DNA of 64,000 nt from an uncultured virus (IMG/VR IMGVR_UViG_3300044612_002649) (taxonomy: Duplodnaviria; Heunggongvirae; Uroviricota; Caudoviricetes): the IMG/VR virus record IMGVR_UViG_3300044612_002649; one strand, given 5' to 3'. The notes under the pieces are model-generated. The model did no database searches, had not been told where the DNA came from, and was given only the letters and a program-made list of their open reading frames with translations. The position numbers were made by a program, and so were the translations under genes. Shown piece after piece: positions 40,766 through 49,640 of this stretch; position 1 is the stretch's first letter; the number at the start of each line of letters is the position of its first letter.

Positions 40766-42259
40766 TCATTTTTCTAGTACATCATTACCAATAAACATCG
40801 CATTTAAGCTTGTTGTTTTAAACAATTCTATAGCATTTTCTGGAAAGCCAGCTAGTGGTTTGCCAGCGATATTCAAACTGGTGTTTAATAATACTGGGCA
40901 TCCTGTTATTTTATAAAACTCTTCCATCAATGTTCTAAATGTATTATTTGTTCTATCAACAATCTGTATTCTACAAGTTCTATCAACATGTGTAATACCT
41001 GGGAGTTCATCACGCCTGACATTAGCTGTATATAGCATAAATGCATCGTTAACATTAATATCAAAATAATCTTTTGCATACTCTTCCAAAACAGAACCAC
41101 CAAAAGGACGGTATCTTTCTCGTTTTTTGATTTTATTAACTAGATCCTTACTGCATTTCATTCTCGGATCACATAGTATTGATCTATTTCCCAATGCTCG
41201 TGGTCCAATTTCACCATTGCCCTGATACCACCCAATAACATTACCATCTGCCAATAATTTAGCAGCTTTTTTTATAGTATCAATAGTTGGCGTAGATGCT
41301 GGACAAATATCATTTTGAATGTATGGAAAATTGTGTAATGTGAATGGTGGTAATTGATTTTTTATTCGTAACCATTCTATTCCTCCAAGGCTTGTCCCTT
41401 CATCAGATGAATGTGGTGGGATTATAACATTGTTAAAATTCTTTTTTATTTCTGTATTCCAAATAACATTTTGTGCAACTCCACCAGAATAAGTTATAAT
41501 ATCTTCGGACGATGCATATTTTTTAAATAAATCAACTATGATTTCTCCAATTCTTACATGCACAGTATGGATCCAATCAAGTAATGTATTAGCTGATATG
41601 ACTTTATCATTTATAAATGTGTGCCAAGTTTCCGGTGAATAAATGGTATTTATAGAATTTATGTCGAAGTTACGCAAGAACTCAAGAAATTCAGTATGTA
41701 TTCTCCCATAAGATTGAATGCCCATCACTTTTCCAGCAATATCATTGTAGTGTCCAGCGTTAATATTAAGATATTTCCCAGCATCTCTCATCCCCCAGCC
41801 TATTGATCCATTAGTAATATTGCCAAAGGCTATTAATGAGTTATTTTTATACACAGACCATGGCCGTGAATCTCCTAATCCATCTATTACTATATGAATA
41901 GTAGGGGTGACTGAAGATAGCATCCAAGAACTCAATGCATGTGAATAATGATGCCCAATAAACCATATATTTTTATCGTATGGAAGAGAATCGATCAGTA
42001 GTTTAATTCCAGAACCACACACACCACCAAACTTATAATTGTTATGTTTAGATAAGTCAATATCAAGTACTATTTCATCAATATCAGATAATTTAACATC
42101 CCATAAATGTTTTATATCATCAACCCATGCTAATGGATCAGTGTGATGATAACGTTTTATTTGTGTTGATCTTTCAAGTTTATGATAATGTAATTTTTTA
42201 CCATCATAGTAACATATGTTATGATCATGGTTTAATGCTGATATTGATAATAGTTTCAT
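40766..42259 (-). CDS. Carbamoyltransferase (NodU/CmcH family)
   Basis: HHYSHA, DG.GD, GKVMG, GGVAQN, EIGPRALGNRSIL, LLNTSLN. Confidence 0.9.
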   Translation of the reverse strand: MKLLSISALNHDHNICYYDGKKLHYHKLERSTQIKRYHHTDPLAWVDDIKHLWDVKLSDIDEIVLDIDLSKHNNYKFGGVCGSGIKLLIDSLPYDKNIWFIGHHYSHALSSWMLSSVTPTIHIVIDGLGDSRPWSVYKNNSLIAFGNITNGSIGWGMRDAGKYLNINAGHYNDIAGKVMGIQSYGRIHTEFLEFLRNFDINSINTIYSPETWHTFINDKVISANTLLDWIHTVHVRIGEIIVDLFKKYASSEDIITYSGGVAQNVIWNTEIKKNFNNVIIPPHSSDEGTSLGGIEWLRIKNQLPPFTLHNFPYIQNDICPASTPTIDTIKKAAKLLADGNVIGWYQGNGEIGPRALGNRSILCDPRMKCSKDLVNKIKKRERYRPFGGSVLEEYAKDYFDINVNDAFMLYTANVRRDELPGITHVDRTCRIQIVDRTNNTFRTLMEEFYKITGCPVLLNTSLNIAGKPLAGFPENAIELFKTTSLNAMFIGNDVLEK

Positions 42260-42710
42260 TAGTCACGTTCGTATATTTTGCTTCCCATCCATCTTTTTCA
42301 GTAAAAAATCTTACTGCCTTGATATTTGGATATTCACCAGCATCGAACCAATGTTTTACATTAGCAGGAACACTGATTAAATCATTTGGTCCCACATCAA
42401 GTTCATAAACAGTATCAGATACATTAAAAAAGAACTTTGCAGTACCATGAGTAAATAAACGCATTTCATAATCAGTATGATAATGCTCTTTTTTAAACTG
42501 CTCTCTTAATGATTGATAGTTTTTAGTTGAACTATCTAATACAATAGTATCATTGTAAGGAACATCATAATCATATTTTATTTGTTCTATAATGTTCTCA
42601 TCTGTTGGAATTCGAACATATAATACATGAATATTATCTAATTGTCTAGCAATTTCTTCATATTCCACGTAAGTAGTAAAATCTTCTGTTTTATCATAAA
42701 TTTTTAACAT
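42225..42710 (-). CDS. Acireductone dioxygenase-like cupin
   Basis: EHYHTDYEMR...LISVPANVKHWFDAG...AVRFF...GW. Confidence 0.8.
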   Translation of the reverse strand: MLKIYDKTEDFTTYVEYEEIARQLDNIHVLYVRIPTDENIIEQIKYDYDVPYNDTIVLDSSTKNYQSLREQFKKEHYHTDYEMRLFTHGTAKFFFNVSDTVYELDVGPNDLISVPANVKHWFDAGEYPNIKAVRFFTEKDGWEAKYTNVTNETIINISIKP

Positions 42711-42748
42711 ATTACTACTTATCGTTTGCACTATAATAGTGCTAAATT

Positions 42749-42822
42749 TGGCAGCGCGGGAGGGATTTGAACCCCCAAGAATGGTTTTGGAGACCATCAT
42801 GATACAATTTCATCACCAGGCT
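42749..42822 (-). tRNA. tRNA-Trp(CCA)
   Basis: Loop CTCCAAA, GCCA end. Confidence 0.85.
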
Positions 42823-42959
42823 AAAAAAATAAATTCCAGGATAGTTTAATCTCTATGAAACCTCTATCTTCCTATTGAAAGTTATCTGGAACGGGCTAAC
42901 TCACTCTTGTTTATTTTAATAGGTTAAGAGCTTAACCGCCACAAAGGGCTCCTATTGTT

Positions 42960-43049
42960 TGGCGGAAGCGGTGAGATTCGAACTCACGGAACCTTGCGGT
43001 TCGCCAGTTTTCAAGACTGGTGCAATAGGCCATGCTCTGCCACACTTCC
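42960..43049 (-). tRNA. tRNA-Ser(TGA)
   Basis: Loop CTTGAAA, long variable arm. Confidence 0.92.
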
Positions 43050-43086
43050 ATAATTTGGAGGCCGGTCTATGACCTGCCTCAATAAT

Positions 43087-43164
43087 TGGTACCCTCTCTC
43101 AGATTCGAACTGAGACTATACGGTATCTAAAACCGTCTCCTCTACCAGATTGGGATAAGAGGGC
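43087..43164 (-). tRNA. tRNA-Leu(TAG) with short variable loop
   Basis: ACGGT-TTTAGAT-ACCGT; 5-nt variable loop; ACCA. Confidence 0.8.
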
Positions 43165-43251
43165 AAAATTTATTTATTCTAGTTTGCATAAACTATAGAA
43201 TGCTAGATGTCGGTTGTTTTTAATACAAATCATGGATCTATATTAAGTGCT

Positions 43252-43857
43252 TTACTTTATAATTCTTTCAAAATGCACATCTGCCTCATTACCGGTATGA
43301 CATTCGAGCTCTATAAAGCATCTAAATCCTCGCTCTTCTAACCATTTAACCACATCTTCAGTTCGGTTGTCTGTATTTTTATACAAATCTGCTTTATATG
43401 CGGTTTCACACTTTCCACGTTTAATATTGGTTATTTTATCACCTAAACTACGCAAAACATTAAAATCATTACCTTGTGCATCAATCCACAAATATTCTAC
43501 TTCACCTATACCATACATTTCCATAAATGTATCTAGCCGAAGAGTCATCACTCGTGCAATATCAGTGATTTGTAGATTCCTACCAGGCCAGTGCTCATAA
43601 CGATCTTCTTTGAATTCAAATAATGAAGAACAACCCCAATCTTCGACGCCTGCAATATTAAATTGTTTAAATCCATTTGTTAAATCAACAGCAGCTGGAA
43701 TTAGATTCCAATTTGAATTGAATTTAAATTTATTTTGTAAATTTACAACTAATGCTGGCGTTGGCTCGAATGAATACACTATATTCCCAGGATCTTGAAG
43801 AAAAGTAGCGGTATCATGCCCATCTTTTGCACCTATTTCTATAATTGTTTTATTCAT
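43252..43857 (-). CDS. FkbM-family methyltransferase
   Basis: IEIGAKDG, SFEP, WIDAQGND. Confidence 0.85.
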   Translation of the reverse strand: MNKTIIEIGAKDGHDTATFLQDPGNIVYSFEPTPALVVNLQNKFKFNSNWNLIPAAVDLTNGFKQFNIAGVEDWGCSSLFEFKEDRYEHWPGRNLQITDIARVMTLRLDTFMEMYGIGEVEYLWIDAQGNDFNVLRSLGDKITNIKRGKCETAYKADLYKNTDNRTEDVVKWLEERGFRCFIELECHTGNEADVHFERIIK

Positions 43858-43875
43858 AATTCCCTTTTTTATGTT

Positions 43876-43954
43876 TGGCACCCTTGGAAGGACTTGAACC
43901 TCCGACAAACCCACGTTCGTAGCGTGGTGCTCTAATCCACTGAGCTACAAGGGC
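43876..43954 (-). tRNA. tRNA-Arg(ACG)
   Basis: Loop CTACGAA, GCCA. Confidence 0.9.
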
Positions 43955-43964
43955 TTTATTTCAT

Positions 43965-44753
43965 CAGGATCTGCTTTTTACGGTTTCCTATCCACTAGAA
44001 GAACTCTTAAAGTTTGTGTTTGCAATTATCAAAGTGATATCGTTTCATATTTCCAATTCCACCTATTATATCACAATGAGGACAGCATACTTTAACTTGT
44101 GGTCCGCTTTTTATATCTTTGTTCCATGGAGTTTGCAATCCTGTTTTACCTTTATTCCATGGGGTTTGTCCAGTTTTTCCTTTCTTAATAGCAGACATTT
44201 TAGCTCTTTCTGCTGCTGTCCATATTTTTTTAGGTTTATTAGATCTTTGTTCTTTCAATATTGGCATTACTCTACCCAATCTCCAATTGTCAGGAATTGC
44301 AGTGTCAATATCAATAGATCTATTTTCATGTCCGTTTGTTATCCAGCGTCTTCCATACATCGAGTTGTTGTGACCAGTTCTAGTTTTGGCAGCCAGCTGC
44401 ATCTTTCGACGTAACCAACCATATAACTTATTATTTCTATTTTGATTATCACTGGTCACAGTCATCATAGTAGCAGCATATACTAGTGAGTAATTATCAT
44501 ATATTTTAACCAACAATAGATGTGCTACATAATGTTCTTCTGGCGTTAATTTAACCACATTGTCCGGGTCATCTTTCCCGCCCATACATCGTGGAATAAT
44601 ATGATGTTTCTCAAAGTATTCATTATCGAGAAACGTTCTATTTTTTCCACGATGTATTAATTTTTCATATATAATTTTATAGTTCATATAGTATTTATAC
44701 TTATGAACCTACGTTCCCGGCCTGGAATGCTAATTGTATGCGGTATAGATCCT
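43965..44753 (-). ncRNA. CAGCA-stem RNA (CCGCA variant) interrupted by an HNH gene
   Basis: 5' arm AGGATCT at 44753 and 3' arm AGATCCTG at 43965 flank the ORF. Confidence 0.7.
44007..44687 (-). CDS. HNH homing endonuclease
   Basis: HHIIPRCMGG...NVVKLTPEEHYVAH; PWNKG repeats. Confidence 0.9.
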   Translation of the reverse strand: MNYKIIYEKLIHRGKNRTFLDNEYFEKHHIIPRCMGGKDDPDNVVKLTPEEHYVAHLLLVKIYDNYSLVYAATMMTVTSDNQNRNNKLYGWLRRKMQLAAKTRTGHNNSMYGRRWITNGHENRSIDIDTAIPDNWRLGRVMPILKEQRSNKPKKIWTAAERAKMSAIKKGKTGQTPWNKGKTGLQTPWNKDIKSGPQVKVCCPHCDIIGGIGNMKRYHFDNCKHKL

Positions 44754-44762
44754 AAAATTGTT

Positions 44763-45038
44763 TTACTTCAATTGTGACTTTCTAAACATTCGGTCCAATT
44801 TAGTATTGATATCTTTGCAGAGTTGTTCAGATCGTTCTGCTGCTTTTACTGCATTATCAACTTTTGAACTAACAGTTGATAGAGCGCGATTAGTATCTAC
44901 TAATCCAGTACTCAATGTTTTTTGATTTGTAGTAATTACATCGATTTCACCTTGTAATTTGGCGATATCTGTGTTTGTTGCACATCCAGTAACCAATGCT
45001 AAAGCACCAACCATGAATAACATATTTAATTTTCTCAT
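44763..45038 (-). CDS. Lpp/OprI-like alanine-zipper lipoprotein
   Basis: Lipobox VTGC; coiled coil; KLDRMFRKS end. Confidence 0.75.
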   Translation of the reverse strand: MRKLNMLFMVGALALVTGCATNTDIAKLQGEIDVITTNQKTLSTGLVDTNRALSTVSSKVDNAVKAAERSEQLCKDINTKLDRMFRKSQLK

Positions 45039-45063
45039 TTTACACCTTTGTTAATTAAAATCA

Positions 45064-45154
45064 CAGGATGATATATTGTTTCGGAGCCGGGAGATTCGAA
45101 CTCCCAGAAGATACCCGCTTATCGGCTTCGGCATTTTTGTGCTGTAATCACCCT
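45064..45154 (-). ncRNA. CAGCA-stem RNA with T-arm cargo
   Basis: AGGGTGAT / ATCATCCTG; GGGAG-TTCGAAT-CTCCC. Confidence 0.75.
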
Positions 45155-45164
45155 TATTAATCAG

Positions 45165-45578
45165 TTAAGATAATCGTTCTTTTTCTGATTCCATAAAGCG
45201 TGTTCGTTTTACAAGTGATAAAACGAATTCTGACTCAGCAATTGATTTGGAATCAAGATCAACTCGCAAGTTCAAGAAGTAAGAAACATCATTATGAACC
45301 AGTTTAATGGAACTATAGTCTGTTACTTCCGCAGTGAATGATTTTGGAATTTGAATTACAACATCCATCAATCGTTCGAAATGTTTATCCGCATCAACAA
45401 AGTATTGTTCAACAAATGTTTTTAAGTGATGTGGTGTATTTCTTAATGTTTCGGATTTATAGTTTCTATAATTTCCGACTGAAACTGTTACCGCTTCAAT
45501 AAGGTCAGTACCAGTGTATCTAGGATACTCAGGGATTAAGTTGTAAGGTTTTTTTACTTCTTGTTCAATTACTAGCAT
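45165..45578 (-). CDS. Hypothetical protein
   Basis: ORF with GGA RBS. Confidence 0.55.
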   Translation of the reverse strand: MLVIEQEVKKPYNLIPEYPRYTGTDLIEAVTVSVGNYRNYKSETLRNTPHHLKTFVEQYFVDADKHFERLMDVVIQIPKSFTAEVTDYSSIKLVHNDVSYFLNLRVDLDSKSIAESEFVLSLVKRTRFMESEKERLS

Positions 45579-45606
45579 TATATCATTCCGATAATAGTTA
45601 AAAAAT

Positions 45607-45680
45607 TGGCAGGGATACACGGATTCGAACCATGGATGACTGGATCAAAACCAGTTGTGTTACCACTACACCATATCCCA
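45607..45680 (-). tRNA. tRNA-Gln(TTG)
   Basis: U1-start, loop TTTTGAT, GCCA. Confidence 0.9.
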
Positions 45681-45690
45681 ATTGTTATTA

Positions 45691-45808
45691 CAGGTTAGCA
45701 TTTTAAGTTTTCCCAATTAAACTACATTAGTGACCAACCCTAACGCTGGGATTCGAACCCAGAACTTTCTTTTACAATAAGATTTAATAAAATTGCTGAA
45801 ACTAACCT
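45691..45808 (-). ncRNA. CAGCA-stem RNA with permuted tRNA cargo
   Basis: CTGGG-TTCGAAT-CCCAG, CGTTAG-loop-CTAATG, GTTTAATTGGGAAAAC. Confidence 0.85.
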
Positions 45809-45848
45809 ATTGGTCTTATTCGCTGGTGACTAGCCTCGAATATTCTGT

Positions 45849-45911
45849 CAGGATACACATTTTACGGGTTTGATTAGCTGTCAAATGTATGATTGTTGCT
45901 GTAGGTATCCT
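45849..45911 (-). ncRNA. CAGCA-stem RNA with a 7-nt-loop hairpin (GCT triplet)
   Basis: AGGATAC / GTATCCTG; TTTGA-CAGCTAA-TCAAA. Confidence 0.75.
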
Positions 45912-45967
45912 AGAACTGTTTATGCTATGTATTATACATCATTTTTATTCATTGTCAATATTTATTT

Positions 45968-46042
45968 TGGAGCGGGTAATGAGATTCGAACTCACGACAT
46001 TCAGGTTGGCAACTTGAAGCTCTACCACTGAGCTATACCCGC
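45968..46042 (-). tRNA. tRNA-Gly(GCC)
   Basis: Loop TTGCCAA, TCCA. Confidence 0.9.
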
Positions 46043-46049
46043 TCAAAAT

Positions 46050-46124
46050 TGGCGGACTGTACGGAATTTGAATCCGTGATACCACCGTGACAGGGTGGCG
46101 TGATAACCGCTTCACTAACAGTCC
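46050..46124 (-). tRNA. tRNA-Asp(GTC)
   Basis: Loop CTGTCAC, GCCA. Confidence 0.9.
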
Positions 46125-46246
46125 AAAATTGTTGAGTATCTAACATCATACAATACTCGGGAGACCTCTACCAGCCTCGTTTTTATTACTGAGCCTATCC
46201 GAAGATAGTGTTTAAAATGATATTAAGGTTGCCCAGCTCTAGAGTT

Positions 46247-46323
<77 letters not shown>

Positions 46324-46629
46324 ATAATTCTATTTAAACGGAGTTTTTTCACAGGCTAATGCATGATGATATGCTATTTTCATAGACTCATATTTTTCCG
46401 TTGCTTCGCTTAATTGTTGCTGTAATTTTAGCATATCTTGTTCTACATAATCAAGATTTCTTTTAACGATATCCGATGTTCTTTTACCTGCCATATATAG
46501 ACCTTTTAGAAATAAAAGAATCACCCCAGTCGGTAGCATGAAATACCGCATATTTTTTAGATTTTTCACCATGTTTTTCATGGAATTTTTTAGTAGCTTC
46601 TTCGTTTACTATTGCGGTTCTTTTCATAC

Positions 46630-47004
46630 TTACCTCGCAAATCCACGATTTCTCAGTAATTGTGATAATTCATATTCGAATGTACCAAAATCAGACCTTT
46701 CACGCCCATAAATTGTATCAGGAACAATAATACCAATACTAGTCAATGCATTGTCAATCGATGGTTCATTAAAAATCGCCCATGGATATTCGTTTGTTTC
46801 ATTGTTTAACAAATTGACAATGTTTGCCATCTGTTCACTAGTACCACCATTCAATACAATTGCAGTTTTGTGGTTTTCAGCCCAATCTACCAATAGTTCG
46901 TTAGTTGTACCATATTTGTTGTTGATCTCTTGCAGTGCATGCAAAGATTGTATACCGTGTTGTATAGAACTCAGGTACATGTTTGTTAAAAAATAAGCTC
47001 TCAT
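46630..47004 (-). CDS. Phage Pth2-fold (peptidyl-tRNA hydrolase-like) protein
   Basis: LSSIQHGIQSLHA...W...HKTAIVLNGG...F.EP...LTSIG. Confidence 0.6.
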   Translation of the reverse strand: MRAYFLTNMYLSSIQHGIQSLHALQEINNKYGTTNELLVDWAENHKTAIVLNGGTSEQMANIVNLLNNETNEYPWAIFNEPSIDNALTSIGIIVPDTIYGRERSDFGTFEYELSQLLRNRGFAR

Positions 47005-47079
47005 AGTTTTCCTATATGTTACTGAGTATTTATTATTTGAGGTTATCAATCATCTGGGTAGTTACCAAAACTAATTAGG

Positions 47080-47153
47080 GGTGACCGATAGGACTTGAAC
47101 CCATAAAATTCTGAATCACAATCAGGGTCGTCTACCAATTCCGACACGGCCAC
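47080..47153 (-). tRNA. tRNA-His(GTG), no encoded CCA or G-1
   Basis: Loop TTGTGAT, discriminator C. Confidence 0.8.
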
Positions 47154-47171
47154 ACCTAATTAGTCTAATTT

Positions 47172-47654
47172 TATAATAAACCACACTACGGAAGGATTCG
47201 AACCTTCGGTTGCCGTCGCACTCAACACGCCAGTGTACCTCGATACGAATCGAACGTATCTTACCACCATTTATAGTGTAGTTTATTATATAATCATATA
47301 GTAAAGTGCATTAAACGAGGGAACACGAATGCTACACATCCTCCTGTCTCCGGCCCTCAAGCTTAACATCCTTCTGGCCAGTGATGTTAAGGTGACTGAT
47401 TAATACACTTTAATATAAAATTATATAGAAACACATGCTGAAGGACGAACGGCGTATTTCCATCGAAGAACTATATCTTTCTCATCGCCGTATAGCTTCC
47501 CGCACGATATAGTCTGAGTTGCGCTTCAGGATGTGTTTTTATATAATCATATAATAAAGCATACTACACGGAATTGAACCGTCTTCATTCAAGCCCGGAG
47601 CTCAAACTGTGATCCACACAACGCTGATCAGACGCTAATATGCTTTATTATATG
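47172..47654 (-). ncRNA. Tandem array of four long-terminal-stem RNA units (family 2)
   Basis: Units 47172-47290, 47297-47416, 47421-47546 and 47548-47654, each closed by an approx. 16-20-bp AT-rich imperfect inverted repeat. Confidence 0.65.
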
Positions 47655-47657
47655 ATT

Positions 47658-47733
47658 TGGTAGGACCGCCGAGACTCGAACTCGAATTCCCGGATTAAAA
47701 GTCCGGTGTTCTAACCAATTGAACTACGATCCC
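47658..47733 (-). tRNA. tRNA-Lys(TTT)
   Basis: CCGGA-CTTTTAA-TCCGG; ACCA. Confidence 0.92.
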
Positions 47734-47799
47734 AAATTTTCTTGCCTTCTTTTTCTGTTTTTGTCTTTCGTTTCATAATTATTTCCTATGTTGTTATAG

Positions 47800-47861
47800 C
47801 AGGATACGTTTTTACTAGTTGAATTAAAAGTTCAGTGTAAATTGTTTGCTGAATGTATCCT
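47800..47861 (-). ncRNA. CAGCA-stem RNA carrying a Lys(TTT) anticodon stem-loop
   Basis: AGGATAC / GTATCCTG; TGAA-CTTTTAA-TTCA. Confidence 0.8.
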
Positions 47862-47894
47862 AAAACTGTTTATGCTGTTAATTATACAGCATTT

Positions 47895-48221
47895 TTATAC
47901 GTTGTCAATTATTTTATCTGGATATTGTGCATCACGGCGTTCAATTTCAGCATATGGACTGTAGCCAGGCTGTAATTCCGTGATATTAGTAAATCCATTG
48001 GTTTCTGTAATCAAACTATCATTAGAATCGATAGAACCACGATATTTACTACCATAACTACCTTCTAATTTACCAGTACTCGGATTAAGATCACCCCATT
48101 TAGTGTGATTACCACCGATAACTTCAATATAGTAGGTTTTACCAGTTCGGTATGAATAAACAACATGTCTACCGGTATCTTCAGTTTTTGTAAAAAATTT
48201 CTTTCGGGTTTCTTCGTCCAT
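47895..48221 (-). CDS. Hypothetical phage protein
   Basis: ATG at 48221 after AAGGA. Confidence 0.65.
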   Translation of the reverse strand: MDEETRKKFFTKTEDTGRHVVYSYRTGKTYYIEVIGGNHTKWGDLNPSTGKLEGSYGSKYRGSIDSNDSLITETNGFTNITELQPGYSPYAEIERRDAQYPDKIIDNV

Positions 48222-48239
48222 AATAGTTTCCTTTGTGTT

Positions 48240-48313
48240 TGGTGCTTTAGAAATGAATCGAACCTCTGTCTGCTCGGTGTAAACGAACGGCCCTACCATT
48301 AGACGACTAAAGC
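48240..48313 (-). tRNA. tRNA-Val(TAC)
   Basis: Loop TTTACAC, ACCA; weak T stem. Confidence 0.75.
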
Positions 48314-48492
48314 TATAATTGTTGCTTTCTTATTCCCGGCTATCACAGAGGTTGCCACTTGTACTTCATGGTTCTCAACTTGCAGGTTCTGGCGGAACAG
48401 AATTCTCGTATTGCCAACGTGCTTTTGGTTCAAAGCATACCACCCGTGTGTATCACCACACTTCTTATCCTCTGGGTCAGAGTATCCGTTGA

Positions 48493-48780
48493 TTAGACGG
48501 TTCGTTCTTCAAGTACTTGTTGTTCCCATTTACTTTTTAAATAGATTTTTTTACCATGCAACCAATATTCTTCTTCTGTGAAATTAGTAATAACAGCAGG
48601 GCCGTGTTCATTATGATATTTCCCATCTTGGCAATAACAAGTTCTGCGGCCATCATATCTAATAATTGCTGGTCCATCTGTGTTATGCGATCTTCCATTT
48701 TTCATAAAAACTGTTGTTGTATCAGATACGCTAATAGTGAGTTCAGGATTGTCTGGGTTAATATATTCCATAATTACCAA
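48493..48780 (-). CDS. Hypothetical protein with HxxxGPA repeats
   Basis: HNTDGPA and HNEHGPA. Confidence 0.6.
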   Translation of the reverse strand: MVIMEYINPDNPELTISVSDTTTVFMKNGRSHNTDGPAIIRYDGRRTCYCQDGKYHNEHGPAVITNFTEEEYWLHGKKIYLKSKWEQQVLEERTV

Positions 48781-48796
48781 ATTGTAAAGTTAAAAT

Positions 48797-48872
48797 TGGT
48801 GCTACCGACTGGGATCGAACCAGTATAGCTGGATTTTCAGTCCAGTGCATGAACCATCACTGCCACAGTAGC
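48797..48872 (-). tRNA. tRNA-Phe(GAA)
   Basis: Loop CTGAAAA, ACCA. Confidence 0.9.
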
Positions 48873-48880
48873 AAAATTAT

Positions 48881-48934
48881 CAGGATACGCTTTTTCATTT
48901 TTCAAGAATGTTTTTTAATTGCTGCATGTATCCT
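48881..48934 (-). ncRNA. CAGCA-stem RNA carrying a Ser(TGA) anticodon stem-loop
   Basis: AGGATAC / GTATCCTG; CATT-CTTGAAA-AATG. Confidence 0.8.
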
Positions 48935-48957
48935 AAAACTGTGTAAATTATAACGTA

Positions 48958-49488
48958 TTATTTGAACATTTGCAAGATATTTTTCATAGCATCTGTATTA
49001 CTATCCCATGTTTGTCCGCCAAATCGTCCGTATTCTATACGGTTATCAGCAGACCATTTATTATAATAATCGGACAATTCACCATTGCATTCCAATAGTG
49101 TATCACCGTAATTGATTATCATTACATTAGGATTCATGCAATCACGAATTGAATAAACCTTCTCAAACGCTTCTTTAATACCCATGCCATGTTGTATTAG
49201 TACTAGAATAGCAGTTGCTGTACTTCTACTAACACCAGCATGACAATGAATTAAAACTTTATCAGTATCAGTAAATGTTTTACTGAATTCTAAAATATTT
49301 TCAATATTTTGTAAAGTAGGATGTTGATATCCTTCTAATGGTACTTCAATATCATGAAATCTTTCTACGTGATGTTCCACATCACAATCAAATACTTTGG
49401 TATTTGGATCAACAATGCTAATGACTTTAGTATGGGTTGGTACCCATAAACTTGCTTCGTATAATCCTGATATAGTTATATCTAACAT
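48958..49488 (-). CDS. Protein-tyrosine/dual-specificity phosphatase fold
   Basis: HCHAGVSRS CX5R motif. Confidence 0.88.
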   Translation of the reverse strand: MLDITISGLYEASLWVPTHTKVISIVDPNTKVFDCDVEHHVERFHDIEVPLEGYQHPTLQNIENILEFSKTFTDTDKVLIHCHAGVSRSTATAILVLIQHGMGIKEAFEKVYSIRDCMNPNVMIINYGDTLLECNGELSDYYNKWSADNRIEYGRFGGQTWDSNTDAMKNILQMFK

Positions 49489-49504
49489 TTTTTACCTCAA
49501 AAAT

Positions 49505-49556
49505 TGGCGGGGCTATAATTGCTGTTAAAATCCTTGACAGGATTTATTTTGGCCCC
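49505..49556 (-). ncRNA. Inside-out CAGCA-stem RNA with acceptor stem and CCA end
   Basis: GGGGCCA...ATCCTG-TC-AAGGAT...CAGCA...TAGCCCC-GCCA. Confidence 0.6.
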
Positions 49557-49564
49557 ATTATATT

Positions 49565-49640
49565 TGGCGACCCTACCCGGTGACGATCCGGGTTTACTAT
49601 CGTGAAAGGATAGTGTTCTACCAACGTAAACTATAGGGTC
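49565..49640 (-). tRNA. tRNA-Glu(TTC)
   Basis: Loop CTTTCAC, GCCA; atypical T loop. Confidence 0.85.

Noticed and set aside
43057..43081. Tiny hairpin ending in CCA between tRNA-Ser and tRNA-Leu
   Set aside because: Only about 25 nt and the CCA overlaps the stem; too weak to call.
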